Shown piece by piece: positions 50,917 to 61,629 of a stretch of 64,000 nucleotides of DNA. A program made the translations under genes and the position numbers. The stretch lies in the NCBI RefSeq assembly GCF_965641715.1, contig NZ_OZ282455.1, one strand, 5' to 3'. This DNA comes from Escherichia coli (GTDB taxonomy: Bacteria > Pseudomonadota > Gammaproteobacteria > Enterobacterales > Enterobacteriaceae). The stretch's first letter is position 1. Every line of letters begins with the position of its first letter. Below the pieces are notes generated by a model that was not told the DNA's origin, made no database searches, and worked only from the letters and a program-made list of their open reading frames with translations.

Positions 50917-52002
50917 TTAAAGATTACCCATACTGTTGTCGCCAATAGACTGAATGTCTACAACGGCCATGACCAGTAACAGGAGTGACATGACAAGAAA
51001 TATCAGCATAATTAAACGCACAACAGCTGCTCGTTTTTTTACTCGCTCCAGCGTTTGTACAAGCCACCGTTGGCCATAATTGCCGATTAGCTCCGTTGCG
51101 CCATCTCCCTGTAATAAAGACAGGAAGTTGGCTGCTTCCCTGGATGGGAACTGATAACCGCACTGACGCAAAGCCAGCCCAAGGTGATCCCCCTGGCGTA
51201 CGCGGTAAATAATGCTGTCAAGGCGTGTGCTTAACCATGGTGATGCAAAGTCCTGAAGAACGTTCAGTGAGTTGAGCGTTGTCATTTTGGCTTTCAGAAG
51301 TGCAGCCATATTCAGGAGGAATGCTGCCCCCTGTATATCCTTATAAATACTCCATGGCATTATATTGTCAGCCAAAGAGCGGCTTTTCCAGTTTTTCAGA
51401 GACCATGATATTACACCTGTGACCACTGCAAAAAGAACGGCACATATAGCGCCGTAATTATCGACAAACAAAGATAATCCATAGAGAAAACCAAGAGCAC
51501 CACTCCATGAATCAGGGGAGCTTATTTTGCTCAGTACAGGTATTAGCTCTGTATTAAGAACATATAATGTCCCCGTCATCATGATTAACAACCCCACCGG
51601 GTAAATAGCCATTTGCCATATGGCCTGATGGAGTTGCTTTTTGGCATCTGTAAGTGTGGTGGCAAATTGTAATGCATCCACAATGGAACCACTTCTTATT
51701 CCGGCACTGATTACTGCAGCCTCTTCCTGGGGAACCCATAAACCAAGAGTATATTCCAGAGAGTTTTCGCCACTGTTTTCACGAAGAGACTCAATACAGT
51801 CTGTGGCCAGTTCAGCAAAGGGATGCCATTTTCGTCCAAAGTCTGTCCAGGCATCCCGCATCTGTTCCAGTGCGGTCTTTAATGGCTGTTTATTTTCCAG
51901 CAGAAAACGCAGAGCTTCGTAAAACTGCACCCTGTAGGGGGCGCTGAACGTTTTTCTGACAATGAAACGTCTCAGCCGTTGACTGAAATTCATTTCACGC
52001 AT
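50917..52002 (-). CDS. pilR: PilR inner-membrane platform protein (PilC/TcpE-like)
   Basis: 361-aa ORF with three TM regions; synteny. Confidence 0.7.
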   Translation of the reverse strand: MREMNFSQRLRRFIVRKTFSAPYRVQFYEALRFLLENKQPLKTALEQMRDAWTDFGRKWHPFAELATDCIESLRENSGENSLEYTLGLWVPQEEAAVISAGIRSGSIVDALQFATTLTDAKKQLHQAIWQMAIYPVGLLIMMTGTLYVLNTELIPVLSKISSPDSWSGALGFLYGLSLFVDNYGAICAVLFAVVTGVISWSLKNWKSRSLADNIMPWSIYKDIQGAAFLLNMAALLKAKMTTLNSLNVLQDFASPWLSTRLDSIIYRVRQGDHLGLALRQCGYQFPSREAANFLSLLQGDGATELIGNYGQRWLVQTLERVKKRAAVVRLIMLIFLVMSLLLLVMAVVDIQSIGDNSMGNL

Positions 52003-52014
52003 GTTGTTCTCCTG

Positions 52015-53568
52015 TTAGGCATCATCGATGCTGAGGCGTTCGTCTTCGTCCAGAGGGATGATTCTGTCGGCTTCAAGAGGGTCCACCAGGCCTTCATTGA
52101 TACGGCGAAGAAGATGCTCTACACGACTGATGCCATGCATGTTTTCAAGCCAGTATTTACGTGCTGCAACTTTGCCGCGTGTTTTCAGAATCTGAAATAA
52201 GCGATTATCAGGTTCTATCACTTCAGCAATTACGGTCCTGCCGGTGAGGCCTTTACCTATTTCACCGCGCTTTCTGCCGTTAATAATTACGTCGTGATTA
52301 CAGTCGGAGCATCCGTGAGGATTTCGGAACCAGATATTATCTGTACTGCAGAGTGAATCTTTATTGCAGTGCCGCTCAAGGTAAGCGCGGTCGTCTTCGC
52401 TAAGTTCTGGTACTCGCTTTTCCCATGGAATACGGCAGGAGGGACACAGAGTTGGTACAAGACGCTGGCTGATCATCCCAATCAGTAATTGCGCATCGCA
52501 AATAAGATCGGCATTCATACCCATCGTAATCATCCGCTCCGGTATACCCAGAGCTGAGTTTGTATGTAATGTCGTCAGAACGATGTGACCGGTCTGAGCC
52601 GCGTAGGTTGTTGACATCATCGAGACAAGATCGCGCATTTCCCCTTCCATGATGGCATCGGGGTCAAGTCGCATTGCCGATGAAATAGCACGACTCCATG
52701 CCAGTTTGACGGCCTCTTCGTCGGATTTGTCACAGATAATCGGGGTTTGTGTTGCCCCCAGAATCTGTCCTTCCAGCGGATCTTCGATCGTCAGCAGGTG
52801 TCGCCCCTGATTATCGTCAAGATATACACGGCAGGCACTGCGTAACGTTGTTGATTTACCTGAACCTGTTGGACCAGACAGAACTATTTTCCCTTCCGGG
52901 CGGCGCAGCATGACGTTCAGCAACCGGATTTGCTCCGGTATAAAGCCCAGTTGCTTAAACGTGGGAACTTTGTCTCCGTCATCGGGTATCAGGCGCATAA
53001 CTGCAATCAGACCATCTCCCGTAGGTCTGTGACTGTATCGTGCACCAAATATTCCTATTTTTCGCATTAATTGTGGGGACAGGCGCGCATCCTGTTCCCT
53101 TTGAGGGAAGAAACTGGTTTCAGTCACATCAGCCATTGACAGAATGGCTGTTGCGCAAAGTGAATAACCCAACGCAGGTTGATCTTCATCTACAGTTTGC
53201 AGTTCACCGAATATTCTCATGCGAACTTTGAAAATAGACTCTGAAATTAAAAAATGAATATCTGAAGCACCAAGTTTTCTGGCTGTTTCAAAATAGGAGA
53301 GAACTTTCTTCTCACTTTCACTAACATCTGCAAGATCTTTCAGATGAATAATCCGTTCTTTCGGACCTTTATTTTCATCATCCTGACCGGCTTCCTGTAA
53401 CTCAGACAGCGAGACTACTTTTGGGGTGATGTCAGGGTATAAGTTTAGCAGTTCCTGGAGATTACTCTGTACGTCAGGTCTTGTTCGCTGATTTGTTTCG
53501 ATGAGAATTTCATGGGTGTCTCCCCGGGATATAAAAAGGAGAGCATCCTTCAAATTATATTTGTCCAT
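52015..53568 (-). CDS. pilQ: PilQ assembly ATPase (GspE-like)
   Basis: 517-aa ORF with Walker A GPTGSGKST and Cys-rich C-terminal cluster. Confidence 0.8.
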   Translation of the reverse strand: MDKYNLKDALLFISRGDTHEILIETNQRTRPDVQSNLQELLNLYPDITPKVVSLSELQEAGQDDENKGPKERIIHLKDLADVSESEKKVLSYFETARKLGASDIHFLISESIFKVRMRIFGELQTVDEDQPALGYSLCATAILSMADVTETSFFPQREQDARLSPQLMRKIGIFGARYSHRPTGDGLIAVMRLIPDDGDKVPTFKQLGFIPEQIRLLNVMLRRPEGKIVLSGPTGSGKSTTLRSACRVYLDDNQGRHLLTIEDPLEGQILGATQTPIICDKSDEEAVKLAWSRAISSAMRLDPDAIMEGEMRDLVSMMSTTYAAQTGHIVLTTLHTNSALGIPERMITMGMNADLICDAQLLIGMISQRLVPTLCPSCRIPWEKRVPELSEDDRAYLERHCNKDSLCSTDNIWFRNPHGCSDCNHDVIINGRKRGEIGKGLTGRTVIAEVIEPDNRLFQILKTRGKVAARKYWLENMHGISRVEHLLRRINEGLVDPLEADRIIPLDEDERLSIDDA

Positions 53569-53578
53569 ATCACATCAC

Positions 53579-54031
53579 TCAGAAAGTAAGGGTGGTGCCA
53601 TCACTTAACGTGACGCCAGACAATGAGATCGACTTCACCGTGACGGATGTACCCGGAAGCTGGCTACCAGTGGTGACGCTTGTCTGACGTCCATCAGCCA
53701 TGCGAAGAACGGCATGAAGACGTTTATCTTTGCCGTTTATTTCCATAATAACGGGCAATTCCTTTCTGTTTTTAGATGTCGGCTGCTCTGAAACTGATGG
53801 CAAAGAGGCAGTCATACCAGAGAAACCTGAAACAGTTTCAGATGACAGATTAACATCTGATTCTTCGAGTTGTTTCTGTAGCTGTGCGCCCTGAACTTTT
53901 GCCTGTAAAAGAATATTCCGGTTTTGTTGTGCTTCAAGTTCTCCTATTGTGACAAGAGGTTGTGTTGTTGCAAATGAAAAACCGGAGAAGAAAAATATGG
54001 ATGGAATAATGAGTGATTTACCTGGACGCAT
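53579..54031 (-). CDS. pilP: PilP
   Basis: 150-aa ORF with signal peptide; synteny. Confidence 0.6.
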   Translation of the reverse strand: MRPGKSLIIPSIFFFSGFSFATTQPLVTIGELEAQQNRNILLQAKVQGAQLQKQLEESDVNLSSETVSGFSGMTASLPSVSEQPTSKNRKELPVIMEINGKDKRLHAVLRMADGRQTSVTTGSQLPGTSVTVKSISLSGVTLSDGTTLTF

Positions 54032-55313
54032 AAATATGACCTTCTGAGGAATAACTGAAAGTACCGCCGTTTAATTCAAAATGGATATTGCTCAGACGAA
54101 CGCCGGTATCCTGAAATAAAGGGAACAACTCATCAGGATTTACAGGCGTTGATAAACTGAACTGATATTCTTTCCATTTCTGAACAGGGGCTGGTTCACC
54201 ATCGTTACCTGGTAATGGTTCCGGTATGGCTATTTCATTAATGGCCGGCGTTAACTGTTTTTTCTGAAACCACGTGAACACCCGCATCAGTTGTTCTGAG
54301 GGGGCAGGGACTGCCTCATCCCTGCGGGGCAGGGAAGGCAGTGGTCGGGTTACAGAAGCCAGGCGTGCACCATCTTTAAGGTTAAAGTCAGGAATAACAT
54401 TAAAGATTTCTTTGCTTCTTGCCAGAAAGCCTTCAATAGTTCCTCCTGGCTGTCGTTCGTAAATCAGTGTGAATGTCTCGGGAGTACATGTTCCACCGGT
54501 AAGTTTCCAGCCTTCTAGCGCGACCGGTGATGGTTTTCGAAGGTCCGCGCAGGCTTTCAGAAAATCACTGATTACAGGTTGTGACGCCCATGGATGCGGG
54601 AGCTCCGGTGGTGGTTCGAGCTTTTTAAACTGTAATCTTGCCCGTGCAGCTATCTCCTCGGCGGTCGGTCCGACATCAGGCTCTGGCTGAGTCATCCAGA
54701 ATACTGTGCCTGCGCCGGCTGCTACTAAAAACAGTACGGCAGGAAGTGTGAATTTGCTGCGATTGCCGACAGTAAGTTTGCAACGGCGGAGGTCTGCTGA
54801 TGATAACCGGGTAATAATACTTTCCCAGTTATCAGGATGTTCCAGAGACGATACAACCTGCCATTTTTCGGGGGGCTCTTCGTTCATCGCCAGAAAAAGG
54901 CTGACCTTTTGGGCAACGTCGGCATCATTTCCTGATAAGTCAGCCATAACGGCAGGCTGGCCATTAATGGAAGCAAGGAATAAGAGCTCCTTATCGCTGT
55001 ACCGGAAGACACCGTATCCATTTCTGACCCATGAGCAGAAAGCCAGTGCCAGGGAAAAATAATGATTGCGTTCTGGCCTGGTCAGTATTCCTGTGCCGGT
55101 AAGGCGGCTGATCTTTCCACGGGAATTTCTGCTGCCTACAGTCACTTTCAGGGAGGTAAGCCGTCTGGGTTTTACATGAGACTTGTGTTTATGATGTGAG
55201 GGGACGCGCTGTTTTTTTACGACAGGAGTCCATTTAAGACAGGCAGCCCACACGCGATGATTTACTTTAGGATCTGCGAGAAGCACTACCGGGTTGATAT
55301 CTTCATCAGCCAT
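54018..55313 (-). CDS. pilO: PilO
   Basis: 431-aa ORF; synteny. Confidence 0.6.
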   Translation of the reverse strand: MADEDINPVVLLADPKVNHRVWAACLKWTPVVKKQRVPSHHKHKSHVKPRRLTSLKVTVGSRNSRGKISRLTGTGILTRPERNHYFSLALAFCSWVRNGYGVFRYSDKELLFLASINGQPAVMADLSGNDADVAQKVSLFLAMNEEPPEKWQVVSSLEHPDNWESIITRLSSADLRRCKLTVGNRSKFTLPAVLFLVAAGAGTVFWMTQPEPDVGPTAEEIAARARLQFKKLEPPPELPHPWASQPVISDFLKACADLRKPSPVALEGWKLTGGTCTPETFTLIYERQPGGTIEGFLARSKEIFNVIPDFNLKDGARLASVTRPLPSLPRRDEAVPAPSEQLMRVFTWFQKKQLTPAINEIAIPEPLPGNDGEPAPVQKWKEYQFSLSTPVNPDELFPLFQDTGVRLSNIHFELNGGTFSYSSEGHIYASR

Positions 55314-56988
55314 TATTGCCTCCTGACGGGAAAGTCGGGGTAATGATGATCACAAGCGTGCTGCGTTCATTTTTCCCGGTTTGTGAACCACCAAATAATG
55401 GATTTGCTGGCGTAAATGTACCGGCTTTACTTGTCGTCGTATTGTTCTGATCGAAACCAGTAACGACAAGTGATTGCCCTTCTTTCAGATTGACCTTCTG
55501 GCTCAGTGAACGCAGTTTGGTATATGGCATTTCGATGTAACTGTTTCCGTCTTTTGACGTAAAGCTACGGATAGTTGGGGGATCAGACAGATTAAAGTTC
55601 ATCTGCAACTGGAGATTGCCTGTTTTCTGAATTAAAGGCAGCAGGGTCATATTGAATCCAGTGGTGATCATGCCCGGTGTTAATGTTGTTGTTGCTCCTA
55701 CATCCGTAGTCGTAGTTGTTGCTGACTGGGCGACGTAAACTGTCTGATCTGCCATCTGGATAGGTACCGGCGTCAGGTTTGTGACAGTGCTTTCTTGTGA
55801 AGTTACAACGCTGACATCGCCTTGTTCACTCAGTGCTTTAATCAGAAGGCTGGAACCGCTGAATTTGGCGGCATTCCCTGTTGCCGTATCCAGAATTGAT
55901 ACGCCTGCAGATGTAGCGCCTGTAAAATCTCCGCTTGCATTGTTCAACGTTGCTCCGGCGGAATGTAGCGATTTATAAACAAGGTTCCAGTCCAGACCGA
56001 ACTGTTCGTTTCTGGTATTGCTGACGCTCAGAACCTGTACGTTCAGGGCTACCTGGCGGTTCATAATACTGTTTTGTTCGTCTACATATCGTGCGACGGC
56101 TTCCTGGACAGCTGGAGTATCAGTGACTGTCAGCGTTGAGCTCGATGCAGATAACCAGTAACGGCCTTTTTCTGGTGTCAGCATTGCTTCAATAGTTTTC
56201 CGGATATCTTCATACAGATCGTATTCCTGACCAACGGTTGTGCTCTGAGAGGACGTTGCATCACCGGATGCTGAGTTATCCTGGCCTCCTGTTGCCCCCA
56301 TTGTGCTTGTTGAGCCAGAGCTGACACTGGAACTGCTGCTGGTTTTGGTGTTCAGCATATGAAGTGGATACGTTCTGGTTTCAGTCAGATAGAATACAAT
56401 CCGACCATTATCCATGCGCCAGTACAGACCACTCCGGCTGGCCATCAGATCCAGAAGACCATTGATATCTCCCTGCCACATGAGGTTATTCAGCGTTAAT
56501 GGCTGAGTGGAGGTAGCCATTGTTGTGCTGCCCAGGCTGCTTAACGGTAGACGTCCATTTTCATCTGGTGCTGGTAGTGTTCCTGTCATCTGGCGGGTAG
56601 CGCCTCCTTCAAGAGTTGAATTGGCTGCGTCAGGCGTGATGATCACAGGGATGCCGCATACGGCAGTAATACGTTGCCCCAGTTCCTGCAGAGTGATCTC
56701 TCCTTTTCTTGCCTGCGTGATGTAGCAGGCTGGAGCTGTTTGTTTTTTCTCTCTTGATACCTGAGCGACCGGAACAGGGTTTATCCATTGATTATCGAGC
56801 CAGGTAAGAGCCTGCGATTTACGGGCCGAAAGGGCTGATACCTTTTCCCGTGCATGTGCTGAGTCTTCCTGTGCTTTTTTCTGCATTTTGTTGATTTCGC
56901 TGAAAGTACATCCGGAGATGGAAAGAGCGACGGCGATCATGCAGGGGAGCACCGCCAGCTTCATTGAACGCTGGTGTGATTTTTTCAT
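55306..56988 (-). CDS. pilN: PilN secretin-like outer-membrane lipoprotein
   Basis: 560-aa ORF with lipobox ISGC and secretin-like C-terminal region. Confidence 0.75.
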   Translation of the reverse strand: MKKSHQRSMKLAVLPCMIAVALSISGCTFSEINKMQKKAQEDSAHAREKVSALSARKSQALTWLDNQWINPVPVAQVSREKKQTAPACYITQARKGEITLQELGQRITAVCGIPVIITPDAANSTLEGGATRQMTGTLPAPDENGRLPLSSLGSTTMATSTQPLTLNNLMWQGDINGLLDLMASRSGLYWRMDNGRIVFYLTETRTYPLHMLNTKTSSSSSVSSGSTSTMGATGGQDNSASGDATSSQSTTVGQEYDLYEDIRKTIEAMLTPEKGRYWLSASSSTLTVTDTPAVQEAVARYVDEQNSIMNRQVALNVQVLSVSNTRNEQFGLDWNLVYKSLHSAGATLNNASGDFTGATSAGVSILDTATGNAAKFSGSSLLIKALSEQGDVSVVTSQESTVTNLTPVPIQMADQTVYVAQSATTTTTDVGATTTLTPGMITTGFNMTLLPLIQKTGNLQLQMNFNLSDPPTIRSFTSKDGNSYIEMPYTKLRSLSQKVNLKEGQSLVVTGFDQNNTTTSKAGTFTPANPLFGGSQTGKNERSTLVIIITPTFPSGGNNG

Positions 56989-57001
56989 GAATATATCCAG
57001 A

Positions 57002-57439
57002 TTAGTTAACGTAGACGACAGAACCAGCAGTAATGCCTGCCGGGGGTGTCAGACCGGTTGCAGTTCCTGATAGCCAGGTGAGTTGCCCGTTTTGGAAGAT
57101 CCCTATTAGTGCAGAACCACGACTTTTTGAACGCAAAGTTTCAACAAGTCCTGGTTGTTCAGGCATCCATACCCACAGACGCCCCTGTTGTAACTGATGT
57201 TTAATTCGGGAGTCCGGAGTGACAGGGAGAGCCAGTTTATCTGAGGAAATTACTCCGTCCTGCTGGCCTGATACGTATCTGATATCATTGATTCTATTAG
57301 CAATCATTAGTATCTGACTTGCCCATACAGACGCACTTGCATATTGCTGGGCGTTTGTGGTTTCAGACATCTTCTGATTCTGGTAGCTACCAGTGATAAT
57401 CAGAATGGTCAGGCCGACGGCCATGACCAGCCATCCCAT
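57002..57439 (-). CDS. pilM: PilM
   Basis: 145-aa ORF with N-terminal TM; synteny. Confidence 0.6.
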   Translation of the reverse strand: MGWLVMAVGLTILIITGSYQNQKMSETTNAQQYASASVWASQILMIANRINDIRYVSGQQDGVISSDKLALPVTPDSRIKHQLQQGRLWVWMPEQPGLVETLRSKSRGSALIGIFQNGQLTWLSGTATGLTPPAGITAGSVVYVN

Positions 57440-58506
57440 TAGCGACCATCCCTTGTATCAGAAACTGTAATGATGCACTGCATGCGAGAAGCCTGTGCGT
57501 ATAAAGGTTTTTGCGCAGTCCGATATAACTCAAATACCTGCTCCATGGCTGATTCAAATGATCCCCGGAACATCAAAGGCGCATCAAGACGGTAATCGGT
57601 TACAGAAAGTGGCCATATGACCATCCAGTGCGTTGATGCCATGCTTTCGCATTTTGTTTCTTCTGCCCACTTAATAATGTTTTCCCTTAATGTAGTGCCT
57701 GCCGGCGCACGCCACTCTTTACCCTGAGATACCGGTTTGACAGGTGTCCCGGTCATGAGTGGGATAGACTTGACTGTAGAGCCGGTCGGAGTCGGGATTG
57801 CTGCGGGCGTAGACGGAGATACGCTGTTTCCCCTGAATGGGTTTCGTGGTTTGTTCTGGCTATTTGCTGTCGTTGAAGACTCCGGGGAAGTGGATGTGGT
57901 TACCATGGCTGCTGGCGAGATAGTGGTTGCCGTGTCCTGTGCCGGTGCAGCAGCCGATGTTGTGACGGTCAACATTTTATTATCCCAGTCCAGATGGCCC
58001 CAGAGGTGTTGTTCTTCCAGCAACCGGTTCAGAGAACGGGTCCACTGATCATTGGCAGACCATGAAACCAGTTTGGTATTCAGTTTGGGCGTGGCTGCAT
58101 TCTCTTGTCTGAATTTCCATCCTTCCGGTAGTAATGTTTTTATCCACTGACTGACGGTCCGGTTACGGGCCGTCGGCGATAGTGTTACAGGGGTGCTACC
58201 AGGCTTGCCTGTAATGATTAACCGGGAGAAATTCTGACTTATTGTTGGTGAAGGTAACGGTCGGGATTCGCTTACTGGCTGTGCTGTTTTTACTGTCTCT
58301 GGCACGCTGACTCTCGGGGGCGGAGTTATTTTAGGTGGAGAAAGTCGTTGTTGCGTAAGTGCCAGGACGCCAGCACTCTCACTGATTTGTCCGTCAACAA
58401 AAACCAGAGCAGGCGTATCTGATGGTGCCACGTTATTGCCGCCGGAAATTCCGGCACAGCCGGACAATAATGACGGCAGTATAAGTGTCAGATAGTTTTT
58501 TTTCAT
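57439..58506 (-). CDS. pilL: PilL lipoprotein
   Basis: 355-aa ORF with lipobox LSGC; synteny. Confidence 0.65.
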   Translation of the reverse strand: MKKNYLTLILPSLLSGCAGISGGNNVAPSDTPALVFVDGQISESAGVLALTQQRLSPPKITPPPRVSVPETVKTAQPVSESRPLPSPTISQNFSRLIITGKPGSTPVTLSPTARNRTVSQWIKTLLPEGWKFRQENAATPKLNTKLVSWSANDQWTRSLNRLLEEQHLWGHLDWDNKMLTVTTSAAAPAQDTATTISPAAMVTTSTSPESSTTANSQNKPRNPFRGNSVSPSTPAAIPTPTGSTVKSIPLMTGTPVKPVSQGKEWRAPAGTTLRENIIKWAEETKCESMASTHWMVIWPLSVTDYRLDAPLMFRGSFESAMEQVFELYRTAQKPLYAQASRMQCIITVSDTRDGR

Positions 58507-58834
58507 AACGGAGACTCCGTGTTCGTATATACGTGTTTGTTAGTTAATGCGGACTTTAAGTAAGGGTTCATTATTTTATGTGCAATTGGATGGGTAATGT
58601 ATACCGGTATTGAGAGAATTACTCCTGAATGTCCCGTTTTAGTCGCATTCAGAAGTCTGCTTGGGTCTTTAATATTGTTGATTAGTATTTTCATTATTCT
58701 ATCTTTTGAATTTTAATGTTGCATGTTATTTTAAAGGTGAGGTTGTGGATAGCCAATTAAGCCAGTGTTTTGGGATTTTTTGTGAAAATAAAAATCCTGC
58801 TTATGAGCATTCTTTTTATATCTAAATGTATTTT

Positions 58835-59428
58835 TTAATTGGTGTGGTGGGTCTGGAGAGGACGAATGACGACTGTCATTCCGTCCGAATGCAAATGCGG
58901 GAAAGACCACTGAAACAAGAGATATATAAAAGGAATTGATAATTTTTCGTACAGACTTGTTTTCCGTGGGTATGTAATAACTGAAAAACTCAAATCATAA
59001 GATTCCAGTCTCTTTATAAGTTTATTTATTCTTGCTGGAGTAAAGAGATGTGAATGCATGACAATGATTTCATCATTATTAATTGCTTTTGATATCAGAG
59101 AAAGCAATACATCCCAGTGTTTCCTCATTGACTTCGGGCAACGTGTGTCAGCATAGGGGCTAAGATGTATAGTTGATTTCTTGCTTCCCTTTTTCTTCTT
59201 CACAAAGAATGTGAAGTCGTATTTAGATGCAGACCTTACAATAAGAAGTACACATCTGAAAAGTAGTGGGAAAATGCAAATCACAACCACCACACAGAAA
59301 TATAACATATAAGGCAATGATAAGTTGTCAGTGTATGGATAACGTAAGTATTGCCATGGGGTAGTGATGTACAGACAAAGCGTACACCAAAGCAACCAGA
59401 GATATAATGGTGCGTTATTATTTTTCAT
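58835..59428 (-). CDS. pilK: putative PilK (membrane protein, AT-rich gene)
   Basis: 197-aa ORF with two N-terminal TM helices in AT-rich DNA; name by position. Confidence 0.45.
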   Translation of the reverse strand: MKNNNAPLYLWLLWCTLCLYITTPWQYLRYPYTDNLSLPYMLYFCVVVVICIFPLLFRCVLLIVRSASKYDFTFFVKKKKGSKKSTIHLSPYADTRCPKSMRKHWDVLLSLISKAINNDEIIVMHSHLFTPARINKLIKRLESYDLSFSVITYPRKTSLYEKLSIPFIYLLFQWSFPHLHSDGMTVVIRPLQTHHTN

Positions 59429-59552
59429 GTTGGCTGAGGCAGGCGACTAAAATAACAGACTAAGGAGGATTAACTGTTTAATTCTTTGGAACAAAAAAAT
59501 GCAGTTCCTGATCATCACACACCATTGAATAAACATTTTGCTTCGGTTGCGT

Positions 59553-59852
59553 TCATGATAGCCAGTCCTGTAGATGCTGATGGCGGGAGCTGCTGCCCTT
59601 GTGCCAGCGGCAGTGGCTGCCGGGAGCACGCTCCAGTCGGAACAGAAATCGGTTGTCGCGTAGTACCATCACGAGACAGTTATCCGGCGTGCAGAAACGT
59701 CGGGCAAGCTCATCGGGGTCTGTCGGTGTTTTCGTTGAAAACAGCCTGCGTTTGCAGTGCGTGTCGACGACCAGTACCTGTAGTCGTCCGGGATGTTGCT
59801 GTGGCATCAAAGACTCCTTCCGGAACGGGAAAAGAAGCAGCTGTACCGCCAT
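59553..59852 (-). pseudogene. degenerate partial duplicate of the 5' part of the downstream lipoprotein gene
   Basis: Leader plus N-terminal coding sequence is paralogous to 60400-60710 (HPQVTFTVDTVRTDT vs HPGRLQVLVVDTHCKRR) but lacks the signal peptide. Confidence 0.3.
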
Positions 59853-59869
59853 AACTGCACGTACCGGTT

Positions 59870-59995
59870 GCGAAAAAACGGCACAAGCGAGTAGTGACAG
59901 AAAGAATCCCGGGAACGGCAGAAAGGGGGGTACAGGCTGCGAAGGCGGGACACGGGGTGTGTCGGGAATTAACGCATGTGAGGCGTGATGAGAAC
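59870..59995. repeat. ~125-bp direct repeat, copy 1
   Basis: TTGCGAAAAAA.GGCACAAGCGAGTAGTGACAGAAAGAAT...GGTACAGGCTGCGAAG repeated at 60583-60710. Confidence 0.7.
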
Positions 59996-60520
59996 AACGC
60001 GTTTTTCGCTAGCTCCGCCTCCGGCGAATCCATTCATGACAAGGGACTGTTCCGGTCTGAGAGAAATGCTCTGCTCAACAGTCTGGTTTCGTTTCTGGTC
60101 TGTGGTCGAGAGTCGCAGAGTGATATTTCCGGAGCCCCCCTGAATATCCGGCGATATCTGCATTCTGACATCGGGGGATACATCAGCAGTAAAGGCATCC
60201 GGACCTACGGATGTTACCTGTGATTCAACACAGGACGTATTCTGCATCATCCTGTGGAGCGTTTCAGGTGTCAGCGTCAGGCTGTCATTAAAAAAAGCAC
60301 TGTGTGAAATGACCCCCTGAGCATCGGCAAACAGGTCCGGATGGCGCTCATTAAGAAGGCTTCCGTATTTTTCCGCCAGGCAGATTGGGTTGCTGGCCGT
60401 TGTGTCTGTTCGCACGGTATCGACCGTGAATGTCACCTGCGGGTGATGTTCCCTGTGGCCTGTGCAGCCGGACAGCAGTGCGGCGGCTATCGTCATCCAG
60501 AGTAGTGGTTGTTTTTTCAT
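59969..60520 (-). CDS. putative lipoprotein (pilI/pilJ region)
   Basis: 183-aa ORF with lipobox LSGC. Confidence 0.5.
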   Translation of the reverse strand: MKKQPLLWMTIAAALLSGCTGHREHHPQVTFTVDTVRTDTTASNPICLAEKYGSLLNERHPDLFADAQGVISHSAFFNDSLTLTPETLHRMMQNTSCVESQVTSVGPDAFTADVSPDVRMQISPDIQGGSGNITLRLSTTDQKRNQTVEQSISLRPEQSLVMNGFAGGGASEKRVVLITPHMR

Positions 60521-60582
60521 GCTGTTAATTTCCTCTCAGGGTAAAAAGAAAGACTCGCACCGTCATGTCGATGGGGGGCCGC

Positions 60583-60710
60583 TTGCGAAAAAATGGCACA
60601 AGCGAGTAGTGACAGAAAGAATGTCGGAAACGGCAGGAAGGGCGGTACAGGCTGCGAAGACTGGAAACGGGGTATGCCGGGGATTACACATCCTCAGTGT
60701 AATGTGATAG
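60583..60710. repeat. ~125-bp direct repeat, copy 2
   Basis: See copy 1. Confidence 0.7.
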
Positions 60711-61377
60711 TCGTCTGCTCCTGTGTTGCACCCCAGACATCTTCTGGCAGGCTGGGCAGCCCGATAAATAGGGTGTGAAAGAGGGTTTCTCTGCGTTCGA
60801 TCCCGAATTGATGTTCGTATCCTCTCACCACCTGAAATCCTTCGTCGGAGAATATTAACTCTGCCGTTTCCAGAAGCTGCATAGTTTTGCGGTGTAGTGG
60901 AGTGATCAGCTGCAACGTAACTGGTGCCCTCATATCGCCTGTCGGTAGAAAACACTCTTCGGTGCGACTTAGTTGTAGCAGGTGACGTTTCCCGGAACAG
61001 GCCCGTTCAATGGATTCATTGAACACCCTCTCAGGCCATGGGCAGACATATGTGCGCCAGCCTGCTTTTTGTAATTTACCCAGTGCAGCCCGAAAACGAA
61101 ACAACGGACATTCCCCGACAGTGGCAGAGCTGAGAAAGAGCGTATTCAGCGTTCCGATGATGGGAATATTGCGATCTTTTTCGGTCAATGCTTTTAACGC
61201 CATGATTTCGCCAGGGAGACTACGGAACTCAGGATGTCTGCTGGCACCAGAAAGCCATTCAAGCAGGTAATGCCGTAATCCGGTTTCACTGGTTATATTG
61301 TGGTTTTCCTGTGCCGTTTTCAGGGCATTCAGTGCACACCAGAGCAACTGGCGCACGGGATGTTCTGTCGTGGTCAT
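60694..61377 (-). CDS. hypothetical protein (227 aa) in the tra regulatory region
   Basis: ORF only; no family recognised. Confidence 0.45.
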   Translation of the reverse strand: MTTTEHPVRQLLWCALNALKTAQENHNITSETGLRHYLLEWLSGASRHPEFRSLPGEIMALKALTEKDRNIPIIGTLNTLFLSSATVGECPLFRFRAALGKLQKAGWRTYVCPWPERVFNESIERACSGKRHLLQLSRTEECFLPTGDMRAPVTLQLITPLHRKTMQLLETAELIFSDEGFQVVRGYEHQFGIERRETLFHTLFIGLPSLPEDVWGATQEQTTITLH

Positions 61378-61593
61378 GCGAATGTCCTACTGTGAGATGA
61401 AAAGAAGACCGGTATCCGCTCTCTCCGCCACACGTGATGGCACGGGCCGGCCTTTGATAAAACGAATCAATACTCTGGGGTGAAGCCTTTTATTTCTTTC
61501 GCCATTAAGAAATACACGATTCCATCAAAAGACAGGGGGAGTCCATGGTGGGGATGGCTTCGTGCAGGCTTCACTCCAGAATATTCTCTGAAT

Positions 61594-61621
61594 TGAAAAA
61601 AGCCCGGCCCGAAGGCCGGGA
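61594..61621 (-). terminator. rho-independent terminator immediately downstream of the NusG-like gene
   Basis: GCCCGGCC-CGAA-GGCCGGG hairpin followed on the minus strand by T6. Confidence 0.6.
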
Positions 61622-61629
61622 AATACTGG

